Source: an uncultured Candidatus Saccharibacteria bacterium (GTDB taxonomy: Bacteria; Patescibacteriota; Dojkabacteria; SC72). Taken from it: DNA of 51,761 nt. The stretch covers positions 1 through 51,761 of the forward strand of contig CAZUOO010000002.1 of assembly GCA_964621555.1 (NCBI GenBank). Direction: 5' to 3'. The notes beneath the pieces are model-generated. The model saw nothing but the letters and a program-made list of their open reading frames with translations. It had not been told where the DNA came from and ran no database searches. The translations under genes were made by a program, and so were the position numbers. This document shows, in pieces, positions 9,571-18,598 of this stretch. The first letter of the stretch is position 1. Each line of letters begins with the position of its first letter.

Positions 9571-10560
9571 CTATATAACCCACTCACGAAAGCCTACATT
9601 TGGTAATTCGAGACCCAAATATATAGACTCAAGAGCTATCGAATCGTTAGACAAAGTAACTGTGGATCCGTAGAGAGCATCTCCATCGATACAGTATCCT
9701 AGGTAGCGAAGAGTTGCCCTAATCTGATGCATCCTACCCGTTTCGATCTTAATCAAACACTCACCATCTTTAAGCAACTTTATATATGACAGTGCATACT
9801 TAGTACCTTTATTCACCGTAAATGGCTCAAAGCGCATTTTTTTACGATTAACCCCATCCCTACCTATATATCCTTCTGCCCTATACCAAGTATGACCTGG
9901 AATATAGTTATTCTTCTTTAATTTCTCAAGTAGGTTATCCGCATCGTAGTTAGATTCTGTTAACACACCTTTCCCACCAATCATACTCACATTAGCCTTA
10001 TATATCTTAATAACCTTATGACTCTCAAACTGTTCTTTTAGATACGCCTGCATTGTGGCGGTCTTTGCAATTATCATTAAACCTGAAACCCCTTTATCCA
10101 ACCTATGTACAATACCCGCCCTATCTAGCATGCTATCGTAGCTATTCTTTGACTCTAAATACCCTTTAACAATATTAGCCAACGTACCAGTCCAATTCCC
10201 CTCTCCCGGATGCACTACAAGCCCCTTAGGCTTCCTAATTACCATCCACTCATCACTCTCTTCAACAATATCTAAACTTCCCTCTATGCTTTCAATCTCC
10301 TCCTTAATCTCAATACTAGATTTAACAATCCCTACCAACCTCTCCAAATCGACCTCAACCAAATCCCCCTCCTTTAGCTTATATCCCTTCTTAACAACAT
10401 CCAATCCATTGATCTTAACAAATTCAGTAATATGATTGGTTACTAAAGTTCTTGTAATCATTGGGAGATATGTGGATGGAACTAACCCAGTTATATGAGT
10501 ATATACATAAACATCTACTCGCTCTCCCACGTAATCGGATTCAACTGTATACTGATTCAT
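9571..10560 (-). CDS. rluD: RluA-family 23S rRNA pseudouridine synthase (RluD-like)
   Basis: S4-like N-terminus, catalytic HRLDKGVSGLMIIAKT, GRMHQIRATLRYLG. Confidence 0.85.
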   Translation of the reverse strand: MNQYTVESDYVGERVDVYVYTHITGLVPSTYLPMITRTLVTNHITEFVKINGLDVVKKGYKLKEGDLVEVDLERLVGIVKSSIEIKEEIESIEGSLDIVEESDEWMVIRKPKGLVVHPGEGNWTGTLANIVKGYLESKNSYDSMLDRAGIVHRLDKGVSGLMIIAKTATMQAYLKEQFESHKVIKIYKANVSMIGGKGVLTESNYDADNLLEKLKKNNYIPGHTWYRAEGYIGRDGVNRKKMRFEPFTVNKGTKYALSYIKLLKDGECLIKIETGRMHQIRATLRYLGYCIDGDALYGSTVTLSNDSIALESIYLGLELPNVGFREWVI

Positions 10561-11402
10561 TATTTACCCTCCCTTTTAACTCTAACAGTACTACCCACTT
10601 TAGGAAGTTTTGGAGATCTAAACACTGTATCAATTACGATATTCTTCCTCTGCATATCGTATATATATACAGCCACGGAGAGAATCACATAGATTACTAA
10701 TGCATATAGATGATACCTATCAACCACCGTAATCTCACTAGATAGCAGGGAAGCAAGTATAAAGCCGTTGCTTAATGCAAAATATGAGAAATGTACAACA
10801 AAAAGAGACTTCTCGTATGCGTCAGTCATATGCCTATACCTCAATTTCAACAGCATATGTATAAACCTGTAGAGAAGATAGATAACGGCTATAGCCAAGC
10901 CTTGGTTAACCATATTCCCGTTCTCGCTTAACACTCCAGTTATAACAAGTGAAAGACCAAGCATAATACTCCCTGACACGGTTACAACCCCAATCATCTC
11001 CCTCCATCTCCACTTCTTAATAAAGGTTGAAATGAAAAATGCAAAAGTAGTGAAAGCTACATACATACTAATAAAGAGGAAACCTCCATCCCATATTTTA
11101 AAGTATTTCCATGGGAGTAATCTGAAGTAGTATATTCCATCAGAATATTTTTCATATGGAGCCAACGACCATATCAAACCTTCAAAATCGGATGGATTAG
11201 AAAGAATATAACTAAACCTTCCCCATATTATGGTAACCGCAATTACCAATAGAAAAATATCAAAAACAGAGTTCCTGTTCTTACGTGTAGTGTGTGATTC
11301 AGACCAGAAAAGATACAAACCTAAGATTGCCAATATGATAAGGTTGGGTATAAAGCCAATCGCAATAACAGCATTTTGAATCGTTTGTAGTATTTCGTTC
11401 AC
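10560..11402 (-). CDS. Integral membrane protein, unknown function (only weak Lgt-like resemblance)
   Basis: 280 aa, 6-7 TM helices, GTG start. The stop overlaps the rluD ATG by 1 nt. Confidence 0.6.
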   Translation of the reverse strand: MNEILQTIQNAVIAIGFIPNLIILAILGLYLFWSESHTTRKNRNSVFDIFLLVIAVTIIWGRFSYILSNPSDFEGLIWSLAPYEKYSDGIYYFRLLPWKYFKIWDGGFLFISMYVAFTTFAFFISTFIKKWRWREMIGVVTVSGSIMLGLSLVITGVLSENGNMVNQGLAIAVIYLLYRFIHMLLKLRYRHMTDAYEKSLFVVHFSYFALSNGFILASLLSSEITVVDRYHLYALVIYVILSVAVYIYDMQRKNIVIDTVFRSPKLPKVGSTVRVKREGK

Positions 11403-11411
11403 CTTTACTCC

Positions 11412-12125
11412 TTATTTTTTATTTTTATTTCGATTCTTGCGCTTCCCCTTCTTCATTTTCTGAGGCTTTACAGCAACAGTACTTTCAACCATAACCTCTG
11501 CATTATCAGAAGCAACAGTAGTTGTATTTGCAGCCTTCTTAGCCTCTCTATCTCCCACATATTTATAATACTGTCTTCTTGCAAACTCGCTAAACGTCTC
11601 ATACCGAATTCTTTTTACAGGAGGCTTAACAACAGCTTCAGTGACGACCTCTTCTACCTTACTTACATTTGGATTAACCTCTCCACAAAACGGACAGTTC
11701 CCCCACTTCTTATCTATATTCACACCACATTTTGAACACTTAACCTTAATTTCATTACGACAGCTAGGACAGTATACAAACCCGGGTTGGAGCATAACCC
11801 CACAAACCTCACAGTCTTGTAGCTCTGCGGTCTCATACATTAAATATCTTCTCTCTAAGTCACTCCAATACTGCTCCTGTGATGTGCTACGTGGTCGTAA
11901 TATAAGGTAGACAATTAACCCTGGAATTGTTGTGACAAGTACTACAATCACAGCCAATACTCTTAAAAACACATTATCTGTTCTTTCGGATGAATCAAAC
12001 CAAACCCAGGTTACAACTACCAACCAAAAGATTACCAATAGAAACGATGAATATTGCAATACCACGTTAAAATCCACAGAACTAAGTCCTTCAAGTAAAT
12101 CGAGTACTGATTTCTCTAAATTCAT
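11412..12125 (-). CDS. Membrane-anchored double zinc-ribbon protein
   Basis: Two N-terminal TM helices, four CxxC pairs (CEVCG..CPSC..CSKCG..CPFCG) and a Lys-rich tail. Confidence 0.65.
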   Translation of the reverse strand: MNLEKSVLDLLEGLSSVDFNVVLQYSSFLLVIFWLVVVTWVWFDSSERTDNVFLRVLAVIVVLVTTIPGLIVYLILRPRSTSQEQYWSDLERRYLMYETAELQDCEVCGVMLQPGFVYCPSCRNEIKVKCSKCGVNIDKKWGNCPFCGEVNPNVSKVEEVVTEAVVKPPVKRIRYETFSEFARRQYYKYVGDREAKKAANTTTVASDNAEVMVESTVAVKPQKMKKGKRKNRNKNKK

Positions 12126-12155
12126 AACCGGGTATTTAATAAATTAATAGATTTA

Positions 12156-12239
12156 TGGTCGAGGAGGGAATTGAACCCTCACGCTATTGCTAGCATGGGA
12201 TTTTGAGTCCCACGTGTCTGCCAGTTCCACCACTCGACC
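12156..12239 (-). tRNA. tRNA-Leu (anticodon CAA)
   Basis: The reverse complement GGTCGAGTGGTGGAACTGGCAGACACGTGGGACTCAAAATCCCATGCTAGCAATAGCGTGAGGGTTCAATTCCCTCCTCGACCA folds as a cloverleaf. Features: 7-bp acceptor stem, anticodon loop CTCAAAA, long variable arm, TTCAATT T-loop. No CCA is encoded. Confidence 0.9.
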
Positions 12240-12266
12240 TTACAGCAGATTATACAATCAAAACAG

Positions 12267-13595
12267 CTATTTGTCCCCCCTATTATCTCGTTGCAAATTT
12301 TTGAAACTTGCGATATTTTTCACGAAGGCCATTTCAATATCTCCGGTAGGACCATTTCTATGCTTTGCAATGATAATATCAGCAATTCCCTTCTTCTCAG
12401 AATCAGGATTATAGGTTTCCTCTCTATCTATAAAGATAACTAAATCGGCGTCCTGCTCAATAGATCCAGAATCTCTCAAATCAGACAGCTGAGGTCTTCT
12501 AGAAGTACGACTTTCAACAGCACGTGATAGCTGAGAGAGAGCTATAACAGGAACATTTAGTTCTCTGGCAAGGTTCTTCAACCCCTGTGAAATCTCTGCT
12601 ACTTCCTGAGTTCTTCCCTCCTTACTACTACCGTGAATAAGCTGAAGGTAATCAACAAATATTATATCCACACCTCTTTCAAGTGCCACCCTCCTCGCCT
12701 TTGTCCTAATCTCATTTATATGCTGACCAGGGGTATCATCAATCAATATCTGTGATTCAGCCAACTCACCCATGGCTATAGCCAACCTTTCAAACATCTC
12801 GTCATTTAATCTACCTGTTCTTGTATCCCAAAATGACACTTCAGCCTGCATACCTAACAACCTATCTAGTATCTGCGTATTGGACATTTCGAGTGAAAAC
12901 ACCAACGCCCTACTCTTATCCTGAACCGCAACATTCTTAATCATGCTTAGCGCAAATGCGGTTTTTCCCACCGAAGGTCTAGCAGCAAGAATTACAAGAT
13001 CGGACTTTTGGAATCCACCGATTACATTATCCATATCTCTAAAGCCTGAGGGAATACCAAGAAACGCACCCTCTCGCTCCGCCCTCTCCGCCCTTTCATA
13101 TGCGTCTTTAAGCAAATCTTTTATATGCACAAAGTTCGTTTTAACACCACTTTGAGCCACACCGAAGATTAGCTTCTCAGAACGATCCACAACCTCTTTC
13201 AATGGAATACCCTCATCAAAACTCAACTCGGTAATCTCGGAGGCTGAGGTAATCAAACCTCTTCTCAAGGAATTCTCTTTAACAATCTCACCATACTCCT
13301 CTGCGTGTGCAGAAGTTGGAACCAGATTAACCAGATCTGTTAGATATGCACGACCTCCAATCTTAGAAAGCTGTTTAATACCTTTTAACCTATTGGTGAG
13401 AGTGATGATATCTATTGGTTGCCCCTCTTCGAAAAGCTCCATGAGGCACCTATAGATCGTGGCATGCCTTTCATCGTAGAAATGTTCAGGCTTCAACCAA
13501 CCTCCAACTGCTATAACCGCCTCCTTATCTAAAAGCATAGCTCCTAACACCGACTGCTCAGCCTCAATACTCTGTGGAGGAATTTTATATGCCAT
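12267..13595 (-). CDS. dnaB: Replicative DNA helicase DnaB
   Basis: IPPQSIEAEQSVLGAML N-terminus, Walker A ARPSVGKTAF, IFVDYLQL, SQLSR. Confidence 0.95.
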   Translation of the reverse strand: MAYKIPPQSIEAEQSVLGAMLLDKEAVIAVGGWLKPEHFYDERHATIYRCLMELFEEGQPIDIITLTNRLKGIKQLSKIGGRAYLTDLVNLVPTSAHAEEYGEIVKENSLRRGLITSASEITELSFDEGIPLKEVVDRSEKLIFGVAQSGVKTNFVHIKDLLKDAYERAERAEREGAFLGIPSGFRDMDNVIGGFQKSDLVILAARPSVGKTAFALSMIKNVAVQDKSRALVFSLEMSNTQILDRLLGMQAEVSFWDTRTGRLNDEMFERLAIAMGELAESQILIDDTPGQHINEIRTKARRVALERGVDIIFVDYLQLIHGSSKEGRTQEVAEISQGLKNLARELNVPVIALSQLSRAVESRTSRRPQLSDLRDSGSIEQDADLVIFIDREETYNPDSEKKGIADIIIAKHRNGPTGDIEMAFVKNIASFKNLQRDNRGDK

Positions 13596-13604
13596 TTAAA
13601 CTAC

Positions 13605-14198
13605 CTAGTCTAAAAATATTACTTTCATATTCCTATCTTCTGCTTCAGGCTTGCTTTCAACCTTTAACACCTTCTCACTCGTAGAGTTGATAAATCCGAA
13701 GTATTTAATGAAATCATCTTTACTCTTGCTTCCCTCTCCACCAATTCCGTAAGGGACCAAGACTGTAGGCTCTATTTTAGAAATAATATCTTGAAGTAAT
13801 TCATATGATGGGAAATTCTCACCATCACTATATGGAAGCAGTAATACATCAACGTCACCCAAGTCACGAATCTGTTTAACATCCAAATTCTTAGTTCCCA
13901 TACCTACATAAACAACCCTGATTAACTCAAAATCGAATACATAGTGATTAGATCCAATTGGCCTCTGCACCATAAATCCTGAAATTTCGAACTCCCCTGG
14001 AGTACCAATTTCAAAAACTGAAGATCTATTTACAGGTTTAGACTCATACTTTCCCTGACCATTTACATTAACAACCACATCTACATCACTTGGAACCCCT
14101 TTAATCCCGTTCTCCTTTGCGAGTGCAGGATCCGTTACAATAACAAGGTTATCTACATTAAATGTGAAGCTGGTATATCCGTTATATTTGATCTTCAT
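13605..14198 (-). CDS. Hypothetical protein, possibly a degenerate MBL-fold (UPF0173-like) protein
   Basis: The 197-aa MKIKYNGYTSFTF...VIVTDP N-terminus resembles metal-dependent hydrolases, but the HxHxDH motif is absent. Confidence 0.4.
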   Translation of the reverse strand: MKIKYNGYTSFTFNVDNLVIVTDPALAKENGIKGVPSDVDVVVNVNGQGKYESKPVNRSSVFEIGTPGEFEISGFMVQRPIGSNHYVFDFELIRVVYVGMGTKNLDVKQIRDLGDVDVLLLPYSDGENFPSYELLQDIISKIEPTVLVPYGIGGEGSKSKDDFIKYFGFINSTSEKVLKVESKPEAEDRNMKVIFLD

Positions 14199-14250
14199 AG
14201 TATTTCCTCTATCTATAATATTTAAGTATATGGCCTAGTATACCAAAGAG

Positions 14251-14811
14251 TTAATCAATACTCACTACTCTTCCAATCACCACCAACCTATTAACAGGAT
14301 TGAGGATAGGAGTACAGGTATATAGGGTGATAATATGTTGACCCTCACTACTTTTCTCATAATCAACCTCTTTAGATCCCACTACAATTTTTTCATATAT
14401 TTCATACATAAACAGCTCCCCCCCATACTCTACTTTGATAATATCTCCAATTTCCACCCTATTTAAATAGAAAAATGGAGGAGGAATAATACTTCCATAA
14501 TTAATACTATGACCAACTATAACTGTATTCCCGCCTGCATCTGGGGCTGGGGTATATGGCAGATGCCACAAACTATCTTTAAGACCTCTCTCATACCCCC
14601 TACCCTCCTGTACATATTCAGTAAGACCAATAGCAGGAATATACAACCTAAAAGAATCAGCATCCACCTGTAAACCATCTCCCATGACCTCATCGCGAAC
14701 CTTTCCAACCTCCTTGCAACATACATCAGATGAAAAAGCCCCCAGTACAATGGGCGAAAGTAGGTAGAAAAATAACAATATTAAGAAGAATCTTAGGACT
14801 TTTAGAAACAT
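14251..14811 (-). CDS. Sortase family transpeptidase
   Basis: N-terminal TM anchor, VIVGHS (catalytic His), ITLYTCTP (TLxTC catalytic Cys), conserved Arg near the C-terminus. Confidence 0.85.
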   Translation of the reverse strand: MFLKVLRFFLILLFFYLLSPIVLGAFSSDVCCKEVGKVRDEVMGDGLQVDADSFRLYIPAIGLTEYVQEGRGYERGLKDSLWHLPYTPAPDAGGNTVIVGHSINYGSIIPPPFFYLNRVEIGDIIKVEYGGELFMYEIYEKIVVGSKEVDYEKSSEGQHIITLYTCTPILNPVNRLVVIGRVVSID

Positions 14812-14817
14812 TTATAG

Positions 14818-15045
14818 CTACTTAAGCATTGAAACTACATTATCAAGCTGAGCCAGAAGCGTCTTCTTCATCTCAGCTTTGACTAACTCTAGTTTAGCAC
14901 TTTGAAGTGAACTAATTATGGCCTCCATCTGCATCAACACTTTCTGCACGTCTTCCCCCTCTTCTATCAACCTTTCTACACCTCGAAGTTGCCCCTCAAT
15001 CCTATGCAACCTATCTTGAATTGTGGAAGGCCCTGATTTAGCCAT
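14818..15045 (-). CDS. CsoR/RcnR/FrmR-family (DUF156) transcriptional repressor lacking the Cys/His ligands
   Basis: RLHRIEGQLRGVERLIEEGED is the family signature. I prefer the ATG at 15045; the track ORF starts at a TTG at 15063. The gene ends 6 nt before the sortase gene. Confidence 0.75.
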   Translation of the reverse strand: MAKSGPSTIQDRLHRIEGQLRGVERLIEEGEDVQKVLMQMEAIISSLQSAKLELVKAEMKKTLLAQLDNVVSMLK

Positions 15046-15160
15046 AATATAAGCATATTTCAATTAAGTATAAGTAAAGTATATATACCCATGTAGGTAT
15101 ATGTCAATAGCGGATAAATCAAAGCTCCTTACAATTATCTATATATTTCCCTATAACTAT

Positions 15161-15189
15161 TTTACAACAATAAATCCATCTGCTATAAT
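15161..15189 (+). promoter_or_regulatory. Sigma70-type promoter for rpmE-prfA-prmC (TTTACA-17 nt-TGcTATAAT)
   Basis: -35 TTTACA at 15161-15166, extended -10 TGCTATAAT at 15181-15189. The rpmE ATG lies only 9 nt downstream, implying a leaderless or near-leaderless mRNA. Confidence 0.5.
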
Positions 15190-15198
15190 CCCAAAGCA

Positions 15199-15525
15199 AT
15201 GAAAAAGAATATACACCCAAAATATAATCACAACGTAAAAGTCACATGTTCATGTGGCAACGTTTTCACAACAGGATCAGTACTTGAAGAGATTAATACA
15301 GAGCTCTGTTCCAACTGTCACCCATTCTATACGGGTGAGCAAAAGATTGTTGACACAGCAAACCTAGTCTCCAAGTATGAGGAAAGACAGAAGAAAGCAA
15401 GTGCACTCTCCTTCAGAAGCAAGAGAGAAAAGATGGCTTCTAGAAAAGAGAAGTTCCAAAGTCAAGGTAAGACATCAACAGGAACCCTAACTCTAAAGGA
15501 TATGCTTGCAGGTATTTCCAAATAG
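15199..15525 (+). CDS. rpmE: 50S ribosomal protein L31 with a C-terminal extension
   Basis: MKKNIHPKY...CSCG...CSNCHPFYTG is the L31 zinc-ribbon signature. About 40 extra Lys/Ser-rich residues follow. Confidence 0.9.
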   Translation: MKKNIHPKYNHNVKVTCSCGNVFTTGSVLEEINTELCSNCHPFYTGEQKIVDTANLVSKYEERQKKASALSFRSKREKMASRKEKFQSQGKTSTGTLTLKDMLAGISK

Positions 15526-15552
15526 CTAATTCCCATTACCCATACACTATCT

Positions 15553-16662
15553 ATGGATATTAAAACTATAGAGAAGGAGTTAGACTTAGTCGCAATCACC
15601 AATAAAAAGGAATCTCTTGAGAAAGAACTTTCAAACCCTAACGCCATTTCAGGTAATATAGGTGCAGTTGCATCTGAGCTCTCATACTACACCAACCTTC
15701 ACGCCCTCTCCGCATCACTTTCCAATAAAGTTAAGGCATACAATGAAATCCTCGAGATAATCAATCAAGGAAGTAGCAATGAGATGTATGACATTGCTAT
15801 ATCAGAGAAAAGCATACTAGAAGAAAGCATAGAGGAAGAATACAATAAAAGACTGGCCCTAGAAATAGAGCATGAACTTGGTGACCCAGACGACAATCGT
15901 TCCGTGATACTTGAAATCCGTGCAGGAGCAGGAGGTGAAGAAGCCTCACTCTTTGCCGCCGACCTATATAGAATGTACAGCCAGTATGGGCTCAACCGTG
16001 GATGGCAAATAGAGGTAGTAGACAGCAGTATTAGCGACAACGGTGGATACAAAGAAGTAATCGCACATATCAAAGGCCCTAATGCATATAAAACGCTCAA
16101 ATACGAAAGTGGCGTACATAGAGTCCAAAGAATACCTGCAACCGAGTCTGCAGGTAGAATTCATACATCAACAGCCTCTGTCGCCATAATGCCAGAAGCC
16201 AGAGATATAGACATCAAGATCGAGCCACAAGATATTAGAATTGACGTAATGCGTGCCACCGGAGCAGGTGGGCAGAATGTTAACAGAACAGACTCTGCAG
16301 TACGTATCACTCACCTCTCTTCAGGTATCGTGGTCAGTTGCCAAGAAACCAAGCATCAAGATCAGAACAAAGAGAAAGCCCTGGCTCTTCTGCGCACCAG
16401 ACTATACGAGAAGAGGAAAAGAGAAGAAGATGAAAAGCGTGCAAAAATGAGATCATCACAGATCGGTAACTCTATGCGTGCAGAAAAAATCCGCACATAC
16501 AATTTCCCACAGGGAAGAATCACAGACCACCGTATCAAGAAATCATGGTTCAATATGGAAGCAACCCTTTCCGGTGATATTGAAGATATGCTCAAAGATA
16601 TCGAAAAGAGTATACAGAAACTTGAGCTCGAAGCACGACTGCAAGCAAGAAATGAACAGTAA
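15553..16662 (+). CDS. prfA: Peptide chain release factor 1
   Basis: GGQ motif (GAGGQNVNRTDSAVRITH) and the PxT tripeptide context RIPATES (RF1 type). Confidence 0.95.
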   Translation: MDIKTIEKELDLVAITNKKESLEKELSNPNAISGNIGAVASELSYYTNLHALSASLSNKVKAYNEILEIINQGSSNEMYDIAISEKSILEESIEEEYNKRLALEIEHELGDPDDNRSVILEIRAGAGGEEASLFAADLYRMYSQYGLNRGWQIEVVDSSISDNGGYKEVIAHIKGPNAYKTLKYESGVHRVQRIPATESAGRIHTSTASVAIMPEARDIDIKIEPQDIRIDVMRATGAGGQNVNRTDSAVRITHLSSGIVVSCQETKHQDQNKEKALALLRTRLYEKRKREEDEKRAKMRSSQIGNSMRAEKIRTYNFPQGRITDHRIKKSWFNMEATLSGDIEDMLKDIEKSIQKLELEARLQARNEQ

Positions 16663-17473
16663 CGAGCTAAGGAGTATAAAAGCTATCCAAATTTCCCTAG
16701 ACAGTATTAATCACCCCGATTCATTTAGAGTTGCTCGAGAGATATTTGAGCATACCAAAGGAGATCAGGACAGGATATCTTCAATAATTTCCTCACTCAA
16801 GCTCCATAAACCATGGGAATATATCCGAGGCTACGTTGATTTTTTAGGATTGCAAATCACCGTTAACGAACATACCCTAATCCCTAGAGTTGAAACAGAG
16901 GAATTGGTAAGGCGCATCATTGAGCATACCAAACAGAACAAAGGTGCAATTGATACGATCGTAGACATTGGTACGGGCAGTGGTGCAATTATATCGTCAC
17001 TCGCTCACAATCTTAAATCACAAAGTAATCTTAATTTCATAGGTAGTGACTATAGTGAGAGTGCACTAGATGTGGCACGTAGGAATGCCAACCAACTGAA
17101 CCTAACCAACTCAATCAAATTTATACAATCCGACATACTTGAAAACCTTGATGTAAGTACTAGCACTGTAATAGTTGCCAATCTCCCCTATATTCCAACC
17201 CCTGAATATCTCTCCTTAGAGAAGTCTGTTAAAGAGTATGAGCCAAGGTTGGCGCTAGACGGTGGGGAAGAAGGTTTAGATTTAATAGAAAGATTAATCG
17301 TCGAAACGTCAAAGCGAGAGGAAACACCACAAGCTATATTCCTTGAAATAGACCCTAGTCAGAGTGAAGGTATTCACAAACTATTTAGCCAGTACTTAAG
17401 CAATTACGATGTTGAATCTATTAAAGACTATAGAAATGTAATCAGATTTATACAAGCCGTAAAGAGGTTTTAA
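16652..17473 (+). CDS. prmC: Release factor glutamine N5-methyltransferase PrmC/HemK
   Basis: The true start is taken as ATG 16652 (MNSNELRS...), overlapping the prfA stop by 11 nt. SAM motif VDIGTGSGAI and the NPPY-variant ANLPYIP are present. The track ORF start at 16478 lies inside prfA. Confidence 0.85.
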   Translation: MNSNELRSIKAIQISLDSINHPDSFRVAREIFEHTKGDQDRISSIISSLKLHKPWEYIRGYVDFLGLQITVNEHTLIPRVETEELVRRIIEHTKQNKGAIDTIVDIGTGSGAIISSLAHNLKSQSNLNFIGSDYSESALDVARRNANQLNLTNSIKFIQSDILENLDVSTSTVIVANLPYIPTPEYLSLEKSVKEYEPRLALDGGEEGLDLIERLIVETSKREETPQAIFLEIDPSQSEGIHKLFSQYLSNYDVESIKDYRNVIRFIQAVKRF

Positions 17474-18579
17474 GAAGCCTCTTCCAACTTGAGTTTAACT
17501 TCCACTGTCTTTGCATTCCTCCAAATCTTCAATGTAATCTCGTCCCCAACTTTATATCCTTGAATAATTGAGGCAAGAGACTTACTCACCTTTTCTCCAT
17601 TGATATGTGTAATTATATCTCCCTTGCTAATACCAGATTTTGAAGCAGGGCTATCTGCGGTAACTCTAACTACGAGGACTCCCGCTACAACGTTTTTATA
17701 ATACAAAGCTGTTTCTTCCGAGATCATCTGGTATTCAACACCAATGTATGGTCGAATAAACTTACCATATTTCCTATACTCCTCTACCCTACTCTTAACC
17801 ATATTAGAAGGAAGAGCAAAAGAGATATTATCTGCCCCTGCTGTTGTGGCAAAGTTAACACCTATTACCTCACCTGAACTACTAATCAAAGGACCTCCCG
17901 AATTACCGGGGTTAATCGCGGCGTCAGTTTGAATCACATCAAAGTATTCTTTAGTAGTAGCACCTAAGAAGCTGTCCTTTGTTGACACAGACCTATTCAG
18001 CCCACTTATTACCCCCGTCGTAACGCTACCTGCATAGTCTCCAAGTGGGGTTCCGATTGCAATTACCAATTGCCCTGCAAGCAGTTTATCTGAATCTCCC
18101 AATTTAATAACGGGAAGATCCTTACCCCTAACCTTCAATACCGCGATATCATTTACAGAATCAACTAGTATGTCTTCCACCAGATACTCTTTCCCATCAG
18201 ATGTAATAACCTTATATTCAGCATTCTGGCTTGAGACCACGTGCTGATTGGTCACAATAATACCCGTGGAGTCCACAATAAAGCCCGTACCGATATTATT
18301 ATTTGTATCAACTACACCTTGCCCAGGCTTAAACTCCATCTGACTTATTGCAATACTTACAACAGATGGCATAGACTTCTTAACCACATCTATGACTACG
18401 CTCTCCTCGCTTACTACAACCGTTTTCACATTCTCAAAGTCATTCTGATTTCCTGCATTTGTATTTGGCCAATTAATATTTGGCCCCACAAACTTCCATG
18501 CGATCACCACAACAGATACCAGTACCAATACTACTACGAACCAAATAGTTAGCTTTATTACCCTTTTATTTTTATCCAT
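17470..18579 (-). CDS. HtrA/DegP-family serine protease with PDZ domain
   Basis: N-terminal TM helix, TNQHV (His), DIAVLK (Asp), GNSGGPL (Ser) and a C-terminal PDZ domain. Confidence 0.9.
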   Translation of the reverse strand: MDKNKRVIKLTIWFVVVLVLVSVVVIAWKFVGPNINWPNTNAGNQNDFENVKTVVVSEESVVIDVVKKSMPSVVSIAISQMEFKPGQGVVDTNNNIGTGFIVDSTGIIVTNQHVVSSQNAEYKVITSDGKEYLVEDILVDSVNDIAVLKVRGKDLPVIKLGDSDKLLAGQLVIAIGTPLGDYAGSVTTGVISGLNRSVSTKDSFLGATTKEYFDVIQTDAAINPGNSGGPLISSSGEVIGVNFATTAGADNISFALPSNMVKSRVEEYRKYGKFIRPYIGVEYQMISEETALYYKNVVAGVLVVRVTADSPASKSGISKGDIITHINGEKVSKSLASIIQGYKVGDEITLKIWRNAKTVEVKLKLEEAS

Positions 18580-18598
18580 ATCTTAAAACAATAATAAA

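Noticed and set aside
10560-11402. Calling the 280-aa membrane protein prolipoprotein diacylglyceryl transferase (Lgt)
   Set aside because: It shows only vague similarity (IWGRFSY, IWDGGFLF). The Lgt signature motifs (HGG, GRxGNFxNxE) are missing.
12187-12414. 75-aa plus-strand ORF spanning the tRNA-Leu and the end of dnaB
   Set aside because: It overlaps a well-formed tRNA and the dnaB 3' end. The translation is low complexity.
16478-16651. The long 5' extension of the prmC ORF (MQKKSAHTISHREE...)
   Set aside because: It lies entirely inside the well-supported prfA reading frame. The PrmC-like sequence begins at the ATG at 16652.
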